Source of the DNA: Dimorphilus gyrociliatus
Taxonomy: Eukaryota; Animalia; Annelida
DNA length: 64,000 nucleotides
Direction of reading: 5' to 3'
NCBI GenBank assembly: GCA_904063045.1
Contig: CAJFCJ010000005.1
Location: 3,404,165 to 3,468,164, forward strand
The notes under the pieces are model-generated. The model made no database searches. It was not told the origin of the DNA and worked only from the letters and a program-made list of their open reading frames with translations. Below, piece by piece: positions 12,058 through 28,525 of the stretch; position 1 is the stretch's first letter, and every line of letters begins with the position of its first letter. The translations under genes and the position numbers were made by a program.

Positions 12058-14645
12058 TTCAAGCGACGGTGCCTTAAAAAAAAGACTCTTTATTTAACTA
12101 CTATTTATAACATTAATTAATGTTCTAGTCTATTTTTTTGTACTATTACAAACTCAGTCGATATGTTTATTCTAATAATAAAACTAAATGAAAAATCTCA
12201 AAAATCCTCTAAAAAAAAGAATAAACTGCAACATCTGCAAAAATTTTTCTGTTCATAAAAAGAATAGAATGAAAAAAAAAGCTAAACTGCAACAGATTTA
12301 GAAATTTTTTATTTTTTTTAATATTCAGATAATAGGCTTATAAAATCATCTAACCCGCATTCTATCTTCATTATAAGAGACTTATATAGTAGTATTTTAT
12401 AACATTTTTATATAAAATGTACTTGTCTACATTAATATACATTTTCTAAAAATAGAATACATAAAATATATATTTTATGATAGACACAATAAAAGTAAAG
12501 ATAGTTGAATATGAAAATACAATATGTCTATTATTCAGGTCGGCCACAATTTTTATCAGTTATAATAGCATGTAGTTCTGAAAAAGCTATTATTTTTCAA
12601 CAGGGTTATACACCTTCATATTTTGCAGGTGCAAAATATGCGGGTTGACTGAAATGTGTCATATACACAACTGTATTTTGTTTTAGAAAAGTTCAATTAC
12701 TTGTCCGCTTATAAAATTAGCCAAGCGGAAATTTGACACTCCTTAGAATGGGTGTTATACTTTTTAATCATTCAATAGAAAAGTCAAAAGACTTGAGTTC
12801 GTGAATAGAAAGTATAATTTTAATAAAATGAAGTGGGAAAGAAAAAGAGAGAAAGAAGTGTGGAGAGAGAGAGAGAGAGAGAACAGAATAATAGGGAGAA
12901 AAGAGCAGATGGAAAAAAGTCTTTATTCCGTCTTTATTTCTCACCCATTGCAACCCTTATTTCGAAAATTGAAGTTCAAAATGAGCAATTAATAACTTTG
13001 TTACGCAGAGCGTAATTAATCATGGATAAACGTTTTTGATGTTATTTATTTTTTTTTCCACTCATAACGCAGCTTTCCAGTCTCCTTTCACTTGCCCACA
13101 TTATCGTTTGTTCAAGATGACAAGTTCATAGTTCTACAATAGAACGTAACATACGGGTGACGTCTGCATAGCGTAATTAAACAAAGGTGAAGGGTTTACC
13201 GAAAGTAAAAAGTAAAAAAATGAAAAAAAGGTTTTGGTAACAAAGAGATTCGTTTTTCAGAAAATAAAAAGGAAAGAAACACTCTTGATAAGATGGATAG
13301 AGAAAAAAAATGTACCGAGAAGTAAATTCCCTTTTCACCTTTGTAAGTCACGTTCGGGTGAAAGCTTGACACGCGACCTGAAGGGCAGCTTGAACCGATA
13401 CTCATACGCTTTTTAAATTTACAAAGCGGGGAATGAGGGGAAAAAAACAAGTTTGGATAAGCGTCAGTCAGCAGTTCATAAAGTTTTTTTCAAGAAAAAA
13501 GGGATCCTTCCTTGCCAAGGATAAAAGTTTGATAGGTAAAAAGGGAAAAAAGCAGCTGCCCTCAAGGGTAAAGGATTATTATACAATGAATACGTAATTT
13601 AAGGAATAGGGTCGGGACAGTGCATATGTTTAGTAGATGATTACGGTTATTAAACTCTGTAGCCGAATGAAAAAGACGTCGTGGGAGATATTTTTTTTTC
13701 TTTTTTGACCCCTGTTTCTTTTCTTAGCGTTCACATTTTCTTTCATGGTCAATTTGATAAATAAACATAGCGTTCTATCGTCGAAACGTATCTTTGAAAG
13801 ATATCAAATTTCTTTTCTTATTGTTCGATGGGTACTTTAACGCATGGACGCTTGCAGATTTTATCTCTACAACAGGGCGTTTCTTGTTATAAAGATCCAT
13901 AATTATTGAAAATCTAATATTTCCTGCAAATCCGATTTACAAACAAATATCTATAAGTTAATAGCATAAAATACGAAATTTAGAGTTCAAAACGTCGAAA
14001 AAAATTGAACATCCTTTTGTTCTTTACATAAATCACTCTATGCTCAACTCTTTTTTATTTTACCTTCTCCACCTCTGTTCACCCCTCTTTCTTTTTTTAT
14101 TCGCCGTATAATCGCGCTTTTGAACATTTATAATAAAACTATGAACACACTATGTACTCTATTAATGTTCTATTATATATATAAAGCAAGCAATTAAACA
14201 TAATATAAATAGGGAATTAACTTTCCATTCTTCTTTCTCTCCCCCCCCCCTCCTTCAATTCTTATCTACTATTATCGATGTTTTTCATGATTAATTTGTT
14301 TTTTTATTATTATTTGAAATAGCAGATAAACCGATAGATGGAGCTATTCTGCTGTTCAATACTTATTTCAAAATATTACCCGCAGTCATCATTTATCCTT
14401 TAGTCTAGAAATGCACCTGTTTCCATTTATTACTTAGTTTTCTTTCTTTGAATATTTGAAGTTTTATTCTTTTGTGAATTGTAATAATAATAACAATAAT
14501 AATAGAAATAAAAAGAATAGTAAATTTCACAAAACAAACATGTGTATTTTATGCTGATATACTAATATTTCAATATTATATAATTTCATCACTATTCAAG
14601 TTTTCCTTGTTAGAAGTTCAGCTATATTCCATGATCAGAAATGTT

Positions 14646-15632
14646 CTACATATACCATTTCTTATGGCTGTTCCAGTCGTTAGAATTTGAAAGTCTCCAT
14701 CTACTTTGATATTTTCCTTGTCTATATTGTTGATCGGGCTCTCCGTGCTTTCCGTGCTTTCCGTGCTTTCCATGTCTTCCGTGTTTTCCATGCTTTCTGT
14801 GTTTGCCGTGCTTTCCGTGTTTACCATGTTTTCTTTTACAACCACCTCTTTTGCCAAAGTTAAAACCAGATTGTCCTCCGTTTTGTCCCATACGTTCGTG
14901 AATTTTAGAGACCATTCTACGAATACCTTTAATATATCCATCCAAACACCATTTACCATATCTGTATTGGCACGTATCTTCTTCCTCTGTTTTACATAAA
15001 TCCATTAAGAATTTTTTAGTTTTGGGTTTATCGACGTTAATTTCTCCATTTCTATATTTTTTGCAAATGGATTTAACTTGGACATCGCTAAGTCCATGAC
15101 TGGGTTTTTCATCTACTTCTTCTTCGTCATCGTTATCTTCTTCATAATCTTCTTCGTCTCCGTCATATTCGTCTTCGTCTTCGTCTTCGTCTTCGTCTTC
15201 GTTTGCTGTATCGTTATCCTCGTTTTCAACCTCTGTGTCATTATCAACTATATCGACATCATCCGAGTCTATTTCATTTTCGTCGTCCTCTTTTTCTTCA
15301 ACTGGTTGAACTGCTCAAACAACAAAGAGAAGTATTTGAGAGAGGAAAAGAAAAAGTCAAATTATACCTACATTTATGAACATATACGTCCTCAGAATTG
15401 CCGTCATCTGTTGGAAAGTTTATACATAAACAAGTAACTAATGATAATATTTAGAGTGATAAAAACCAACATAATTCATCGTCAATTGGAACGCTTCTAG
15501 CATCCAACACCTTTAAACAGAAAATAGAAACAATAGTATTGATAATATAATATTGATAATAGGAAAAGACCAAAAATTTATTATTACTTGTACGAAAAGG
15601 ACAAGGCCCAAAATCATCAAAAATAATTTCAT
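14646..15632 (-). CDS. Novel secreted protein (~261 aa): signal peptide, Asp/Glu-rich block, Cys-containing segment, (His-Gly-Lys)10 repeat
   Basis: Four exons splice in frame (15632-15588, 15510-15471, 15407-15372, 15310-14646; 786 nt), giving [28 protein letters not shown]..., an acidic run, then ...[12 protein letters not shown]...HKKWYM*. Confidence 0.8.
14739..14828 (-). repeat. Coding 9-bp tandem repeat x10 encoding H-G/R-K/R/E
   Basis: cacggaaag-type units give [30 protein letters not shown]. Confidence 0.95.
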
Positions 15633-16446
15633 GGTTGTTGTTATTTTTTTCTACTAACTTAGTTATTAGTTGATTAACACTAATAATAATATAAAAACTT
15701 TTTGACACCTATTTTATATGTAGAAACATTTCTAGCTAATTGAATATTACGTTACGAATTAACGTGTTTACAATTTAATTAAAATCATGTGACTGAATAT
15801 ATTGTAATAGTTATTATTATTAACTTTTCTTTGTCCAATGGCTTCACAAACAAAACCCAATTGCTGTAATCGAATATAAAGAATATATATAGTATTTTGT
15901 TACAATTTATTCAATTGAGATATTTATTCATATGTTAACCATAAACAGTAAATTATACTCAATTAAATGTGATAAACTAAATAGTTAAATTAGATTTCTT
16001 TAATAATTACTTTTTCTAGTAAAGTTTATTTGTTCTTTGTCTACTTTTCAGTTGGCTTTGTTTACATAGTTTCTATTTATATATTTCATATTTTTAACCA
16101 AATAATACATAGTTATTGATATTTAATATTTATATTTAAAGAGTTTTTTATTCTCTAACCACAAGATTATTACAACTACTTAAATATTATTATGAGAAAA
16201 TTAATCAATTTTCACTTGTAGTTTTGGCGGGAAAAAAGTTTTTAGGTAAAATATTCCGCGAAGGAAGTTGTTCAAAACAAAACAAATATGGAGTACTACA
16301 GAGGTTTCGTCATTCGTAATTCCACGTCAGAATAAGAATTTACAGCGATTTGTTCGATAATCATAAATACTTTTGTACACTTTAGATAGATCTTAAGTTG
16401 TTTTATTATATTACTGTGAGATGACCATATTTAGAGTTAGAAAAAC

Positions 16447-20495
<4,049 letters not shown>

Positions 20496-20977
20496 TTAAC
20501 TTCTAGCAAAATTAAAAAGACTGCTGCTTGATGATAAGTGCTCTACTTTTTTCATGTAAACTAATATGTTTTGTGCTAAGTATCTTCTTAGCATATCGAC
20601 AAATATTTTAATTGTACATACCAAAAATTGTTTATTTTACATTGATCTATTTATACATGAAATATATTTTGATTGTTACGTGAAGCTGTTAGCTCATTCT
20701 TTCAAATATTTAAATTATATGCAAATATATGCAAATTTATTGATAAAATTTTTTTTTAAAGTTCATTATGTAAAATGATTTATTGCATACTAAATACTGT
20801 ATTTTTATACATAATTTCTTATATGCTTATATATATTTATATCGATTAGTGTTCAAAACTTGAAAAAAGAAAAATTACACTTTTTGTATGTTCTTTAAAA
20901 ACCATGCAAATAGCATATTTCTTTAGAAAAAAGCACAGCAATAAAGAGAAATATAAACACGGAATGTATATTTAAAA

Positions 20978-21013
<36 letters not shown>

Positions 21014-22615
21014 TTATATTTTCTATATTTCTATATATAATAAAAAAGTCTCTACACATATTCTGTTTTTTTGATTACAATTACATATCAATCATCATCT
21101 TTATCATAATTATCATTATTTCCTTTAACTATTGACAAGTTCTATAGTTATAAGATGAAAAATGTTTTAAGGACAATAAAAAAATGTTGATGGGAAAATA
21201 TTGTTGGGAAAAAAATAAACTTGAACTAATTCTACAAACTTTTCCTTTCTCTTTCTCTTAAATTAATATATAATTTTTCATATTCAATAAGCCTAATTAA
21301 TTAATTAATTGATTAATTAATTAAAGACTTTATTTTTTCAACAAGAAAAAGAAAGGAAGAGAAGGAAAGAAAAAAAAATTACATTATTTCTTTCTCCTTT
21401 TTAAGTTTTCTTCTGTTTTCTCTTTTTTTATAAAAAAATATCTTAAGCTATTTCTTATTTTTATAAAGCTTTTAATGTTTTTTTTTTCTGACTTTTTCTA
21501 AGTTTAGTTCGTTTTTAAGGAGAAGATAATGAATAGAAAAAAATTTTTATAAATGGCACAGAACGAGAAGCCGACCCCTTCAATTCCATTCGTATAATCC
21601 GTCTTCGGCATTATTTGCTGATAAGAAAAAAAAATCGATAAAAAAAATTAGTAATAGAATGGAAATCATTAAAAAATTATGAAAGTTTTTTCTATATAAA
21701 TATATAAATATACATATTTGTATAGACAATCTATATGGATATATATATAAATATATATAAGTATAATAAGACTTGTTTATAAGGAAAGAGAAGGCAAAAG
21801 AAATAGAATAAGAGAAAAAAATAGAAGGGAATAGGAGGGAATAGGTAGGTAAGGAGTTTGGGAGGAGGATGAGGCAAACACTATGAAATATACAAACATA
21901 ATATAAAAATGAAGAGATTGACACAAGAATAGAATAATAAAGAAAAGAAAAAAAATAATAACACATCTAACAGAGCCATTTTTCTAACATCGCATTGAAG
22001 TTTCCTATTATTTATATATACATACAGATATAAATAATATATATATATGCATATATAAACTTCAGATTTTTCCTTATCTTATAAATACATAGCAACGTAT
22101 TTTTTTGTGTTTTTTTCAAGTTATGAACACAACATGCAAAAAAAAAATGAATTATAAGGAAAAAAATAATAGTAAATTCATAACATTCTTAACGATCCGA
22201 TGCAAAACACACAGAAATTCATTCTCTAAAAGCGAGAAAATAACCCAACAGCCATATTTTTATGCAAAAATAAGAGCGGATCTTCACTTATACACATATA
22301 TATATATACATATATACAGAGAATTTTATATATATATGTATATATATGTGTATACTGTATATAAATAATAAATTTAATAGTAGTTCATTATTTTTTCAAA
22401 AACTATACATAAATTCAATAAAGTAAAAATGAAATGTTCAATTTTTTTGTTTTTACACTCCAAAAATAAAGGAAGAAAATGAATAATATAATTGATAAAT
22501 TTCTCTGCTATAAAGGTCCGCTCCTTTTCTGAACAAGGAATGTTTATAGCACCTGAGCAATATGCATAACAAGGTAATAGTTAATAAATTTTTTATAAAG
22601 AAGCCATAAACAAGA

Positions 22616-23595
22616 TTAGCGATTGAATTTAGCAAGGAGGCTCTTTATGGAACCTTTAACTGGCTTTTCCTCGTCCGGCGACAATCTAGATGGAGTCCCA
22701 TCCTTACTATCAACAACATCTGGTTGGTGTGTTGTCCCATTTGATTTAGTTTGATCTTCATCAATGGCATCATCTTTCGACGTAACAATTGGCTCTTTCT
22801 GTTTCTCGAATGAGAAGCGTCGAGTGACGCTTACTTTCTTTTCTACAGGTTTCTGAAAGAATTCGCTTTTGCATTACACTATTAGACAAGTAATTGTTTT
22901 GCTTATTTTTGCTACTATTATTAGTGTTATTAATAAATTAACATATTAATTAATTAATTAATTAATTAACTAATTAAATAAATAAATAAATAAATAAATA
23001 TATATACCGTTTCGCCGCCCTTTTCAAATAAGGAGCGAAGCGAACGAGCAGATGGTAATGGTATATTCTTCAATTCATCCTTATCCGTATTTGATACGGA
23101 TGAGCGGATGTATGAAGAACTATCTACCTCTTCATGGTTATTCTTTTCTTCTTTTATTTCCGGCTCAGAATTTTGTATACTGTTTTCTGCAACGACGACT
23201 GGGGTTGACTTTTTCTTTTCTTGGCGTGTGAAGTTGGAGCGTACTACCGGTGTCGATGGAGACTGATCAGAACTACGATTTTTCCAAGCAGATAATAGAC
23301 TGCTAACAGATCCAGATTTTGGTAGTTCATCAGCTATACGCTCACTCTTAGGTGTTCGACTAGCTTCATCGTTATCTAATTTTCCATTTTCTTCCTTAAC
23401 TTCCACTTTCTCTCGTTTTTGTTGTTGTACTAATTCAATTTGTTCTCTGGCTGTTTGTCTTTCGTCGTTTTCAGCCCGGGCATCATTAACTGTAGATAAA
23501 TTGCCATTATTAGAAACATTTGTAGCCGATTTCAATACATCTCGATGCATCTCTTTATACCATTGCGGTGTTCGTCGCCTGAACATAGGCAACAT
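22616..23595 (-). CDS. Disordered protein with EPLIN-like repeated motifs; a downstream isoform or second gene of the LIM locus
   Basis: ORF from the ATG at 23595 to donor GGET|gtatat, spliced to an exon KPVEKK...KGSIKSLLAKFNR* (stop 22616). Confidence 0.65.
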
Positions 23596-23795
23596 GTTCT
23601 ACTGCATACATATTCTACTTAGTGTATGCTGTATCTACTCATAAAAAAAAGTTATACGTCAAATAGATAAGAAAGAGAACAGGAGAATATAGATAAGAAG
23701 AGATACGGCAATAAAGTATTTACGATATGAAAAATTCTTATCAATTAATTTCAACTACTTTAAATATGAATTTTATACAAATTTTTATCAAACAA

Positions 23796-23827
<32 letters not shown>

Positions 23828-23894
23828 GTATATATATATACATATGTTGTTGATATTCATTCACATTGAAAGCCGCCTACACCGATCAACGACG

Positions 23895-26800
23895 CTAATT
23901 TATACCATTATTCAAAATAGATTCAATCTCGATAGAAAATTTCTCCACGTCCTTCTCCAATTCGGCAATTTGCGAATTCAATTCAATATTTTTCTCTTTT
24001 TTTTAAAAAAAAATAAATACAGAAAAAAAAATTTGGCGCAAAAAAGAGAAACAGGAATTAATAAAATGAAATACAGATAATCTAATTCTTTTAATAGACC
24101 ATAAAATGAAACAGAGATCCTTTTTTTTCTAACTAATACACTCTATATATAATAAAGATAGTCGAAAAAACAATTAAATATTGATTAAAGATAGAGAGAA
24201 AAGAAAAAACAAAATGAAAAAAATACTTTACCAGGTTGCGGAATACTTTCAACTTCGTATTTTCCTTTCCTTGTAAATATTTCTCTATAATGGGGTTTAC
24301 AGTAGAATGACTTCTCCAATTTGCTGAAGTTATTCGTTAACGCACACTTGCAAACGGTACAGCGAAAACATTGTTTGTGAAAAGTCAGACCGTCAATCTG
24401 CTTTAATTCAACAGGGTAAACTCGTTTAGAGCATGAAAAACAGGTTGGATTCGCTTGATTCGTCATCTAAATTATTTCATCAAATAAAATACAATTAATA
24501 ATCTAAAAATTATGTTAAAGAAAGAAGAAGAGAGAAAGAAAAAGCAATGGAAAAAAGGAGGAAAAATGATTATTTTTCCATATTTTTCCACTATTTTTTT
24601 ATTCTCTCTTCTTATTAATAAATAGAAATATTAGTGCGGAGTTGATCGTGATCATGCATTTCCTCTTTAAATATTGAATAATTCGTGATTGAAAAATAGA
24701 TTTGTGTTGTGAGAAAATTGTAAATAAGTTCATTAACTACCCATGTTTGTTATCATATATATATAAATGAATAAATGAATTTTTATACTTACATATATCT
24801 ATGTATATGTAAATATAGAAATTCGTACAAAATATAAATCTGTAAACATATTGATTATAATAGGGATGAAATTTTGTCATAAAGAAGAATCACGATGTTA
24901 AATACGCACACATATAATATATAAAACACACACGGCAGCAAATATCAATTATTTTTTATATTAAATCTTTTTTCACACACAATAAAAGCTCTTTTTTAAT
25001 GCAACATGTAGTACTTTTAGTAGTAGTTACATGTTTTCTTTCAATCACACGTACCGAATTATCAAGGTTTGAAAACGCTTTTGGCGTTTCCTGTTTTCTA
25101 ACAATTTTAGGACTATCCATAAATTTAGGTTTCGTTTCATTCTTTTCATTTTCCTATAATTCATAAAGAAAAAAAAAAACAAGGGTAAAGATATTTAATT
25201 AAATTAATCTATAATTTTGCGAATATATGTATATATTTATATCTTAATCGTTTAAAGTATTATAATGATTATATTATTCTTTTATTTTGCTTTAAAACTA
25301 AATTATTAATAATTATATTTTGGTATTTTTAAGGAAAGCAAATTATTTTTTTTTTAATTTTGTTTTTTTAAAAAAAAAAATAAATAAAGCTTTATTGCTG
25401 CTGTTAAAATTATTTCGGTTTTGGTTATTAATTCTTTAACGTATAAAGAAGAAAAACAAAGATTAACGAATTCATATTTCTGTCTTTTAGAAAAATAAAA
25501 TAATAAAAAGTTTAATTGTCTTCTTCTTTAAGGTTTAGAAAGTTTATCTGGGTATTTTTTTTTATAGAAATTAATCAAATAAGCAATTAAAATTTTAGGA
25601 TAAGGAAACAAAAAGAAAGGTATGGTATTTATCTTTGTTTTGGCAGGGAGAAAGAATTGGGCGAAAGGAAAAGTAACAAGTAAAAACAATCGCTACACTA
25701 AAAGGGAAGGGGGTGGGGAAAAAAAAAACAATTATATGAATTAACCAACAATAATATATATATATATATGAATCCCTTATACATACAGTATATATAAAGG
25801 ATTATATATAGCAATCAAACCAATAGATATATAGTTATATATATAGGTTTTTAACATAAAAGAGACTCTTGATTTAAACGTTTTTTTTTTCAGGTTGTTC
25901 TTGGCTAGATCGTTCTTTTTATTTTTATATAAAAAAACGAACTATTTTGTTTTTATAGTTTTAGAAGCTGAAAAGTCTTTTTTTTTTAATAATTGAATGA
26001 AAATAATTAATACGAAAATTTACCGAATAAAATAAAAAAAAGAAGCTAAAATCATATAAAGAAATAAAATATAAAAACAAGTTATAGAATTAGTGCAGAA
26101 AGCGCTAATTAGACTAGTTAACCTTGACCCTCCCGACCCTCCCTAACAGTAATTATTGCCTTTAAATGTGCCCATGCCTCTAAACGAAAGTCGAACCGTG
26201 TTAGGTGAAGTTCGCCTCCAATTGCTAAGCAGAGAAGAGAAATTTGGTGATGGTTTAACGTCGTTCCTATTTAAGTCGGTCTTGGCGTCTTCCTCCCGCT
26301 TTGTATTCCAATTGGCTATCCTCGAATCGATGCTAGGACCGTCTTCGATAACGTCCTTTTTTTTTACGGCGGTACCATGCCAACAACATTAATACAAAAT
26401 GTCTCTTTTTTGTTTTTTATATATATATATGTATATACGTTAAAAAAATTTTGGAAGGGAAAAAAACGAGGGGAAATCTAGATAAGATAAAATAAACTTA
26501 CGTTTTTATCATCTTCTATGTGAGAATTAGTAGTTTTCCATTCCTTTACTGAATTACCATTAACGATGATGTCTTCTTTCTCCTCCTTGTTACTGTAGCT
26601 ATCTTCCGTACAATCTGTACGTAAACGACATAATGAGCAATGTATGTAAAAATTATCTCCTTTGGCATTCATGATCGTACAATCTCGAATGAATTTATAC
26701 GGTATAAAGGAATTTGTACGTTCGTGATATATCATCTATTCAAAGAGACAAACGTGTTAAATCTTTCAAAAATCACCAAAGTCAAATACTATTTATATAT

Positions 26801-27507
26801 TTTCAAGCATTGATGACGTAGTATAACGTTATTATTCTTATCATTATAACCATAATGTATTTATATTATCGTTTAACTATTTCATAATAAATAGGTTTTA
26901 GTATTGAAAATTTTAAAATACAAAATACTAGTAAACAAATTGGAATGAAGAAAGGGAGGAGGGAGCACTCCTTTAGAGCATGCTCTTTTCGTTAGTTTTA
27001 GTATATATCTTAATGCTTTATAGCAAATGCTAATAAATAAAAGAATAAACATTAACAGCAAGAAAAAAGGACATAATTTCTTTATAAAAACTATATAAAT
27101 GGTATAACACGTATTAATGGAATCTTTTCTTTAGTACAGTTCTTTATTACTTACTTTTTTTCTTCTATAAAAATAATATGAATACAACTTATTATCATTA
27201 ACAATATAATATCTTTTATATATACATTATATATTATTTATATAAATTATACACTTATATATACACCTATATAAAATGCACAAGAATTTTTCACTTTTTT
27301 ACCTATTCAAGTAGATTAAATGATTAAAAAGTATTAAAAAATATATATATTTACCCATGTTCTGATCATTATTAACTTGAAACTGATCTGCTGAAGGTGA
27401 GCTTTGCTCTTCCTCGACATCAGGCTATTGTAGCGAATAAAGAAAATTTTCCATATTATAGATATTTACTATTCAAACATATAAATAGTATCAATGACAT
27501 TTTAAAT

Positions 27508-27544
<37 letters not shown>

Positions 27545-27841
27545 AATTATCATTCTTAATAATAAAGATACATTCAATTCATTTGAATCAAATGTAAATT
27601 AAAAAAAAAAATACATGAACAAGATTATTACTAAAGATTGATTAATTCAATAATTAAAATTATATAATTCTATTCATTTTGTTCGTGTAAGAAAAAAAAA
27701 ACCAGTACTTTTTTCAAGTTTTTTTTTTATGTTACTATTCTTTCTCTAAAGGGAATAAATAAATAGAAATATAATTATTTATGTATATGTATGATTAATG
27801 TACATATATACGTCAATATACAGTATATACATGCTAATATA

Positions 27842-27877
<36 letters not shown>

Positions 27878-28491
27878 CGAATTACGTATATTAACGCGTA
27901 TACATATAGTTTTTTATACATATACATCCTCTATAGCAAAATAATCACTAGCGGTTTTATAGTAATATATGCATAGTTAGCACTATATATACATTACTAT
28001 AAAAATAATAATAAGTAGCATGCATAAAAAAATGCCGAGAATATATGCTTAATAATGGAAAGCATCTAATGACGATAATTAATTCCACATCCATTTTTTT
28101 GACGAATAAAGCGTATATAACATGAAAGAAGAAATAATGGTTTATTTTATTCCATTTCTCTTTCTCCTTCTCCTCCTCTTCCACCTTCTCATAATCATTC
28201 TCCTTTAGATTCATATTTTCATAAAAGTTATTATTGAAAATAAAAAAAAGGTGAGGAAAGAAAGAGAATTTAATCTTCTTTATATATATATATATACGTA
28301 ACTACGAAACTACCGATAAAAGAATAGAGCAAAAAGAGAAAGGAAATGTTTAAGAAATATAAATAAAAGTTTTCTATCATGCTTTTTTTTCCAAGGGTTC
28401 AACAAAATAAACATAACAAAATAAAAAGCTTTGGTCTCATACAGATGGCAGTTGGTTTGGTTTTTGTGGCATTTGTGTAGAAATATACTTT

Positions 28492-28525
<34 letters not shown>

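Noticed and set aside
14618-14959. Alternative-frame ORF with TES repeats (and + strand 14706..14999, 15078..15437)
   Set aside because: Only the HGK frame is continuous with the acidic exon and the signal-peptide exons; the others are repeat shadows.
21540-21625. Possible alternative last exon of the LIM locus (acceptor tcttatcag)
   Set aside because: Short, with no recognisable content; not distinguishable from 3' UTR.
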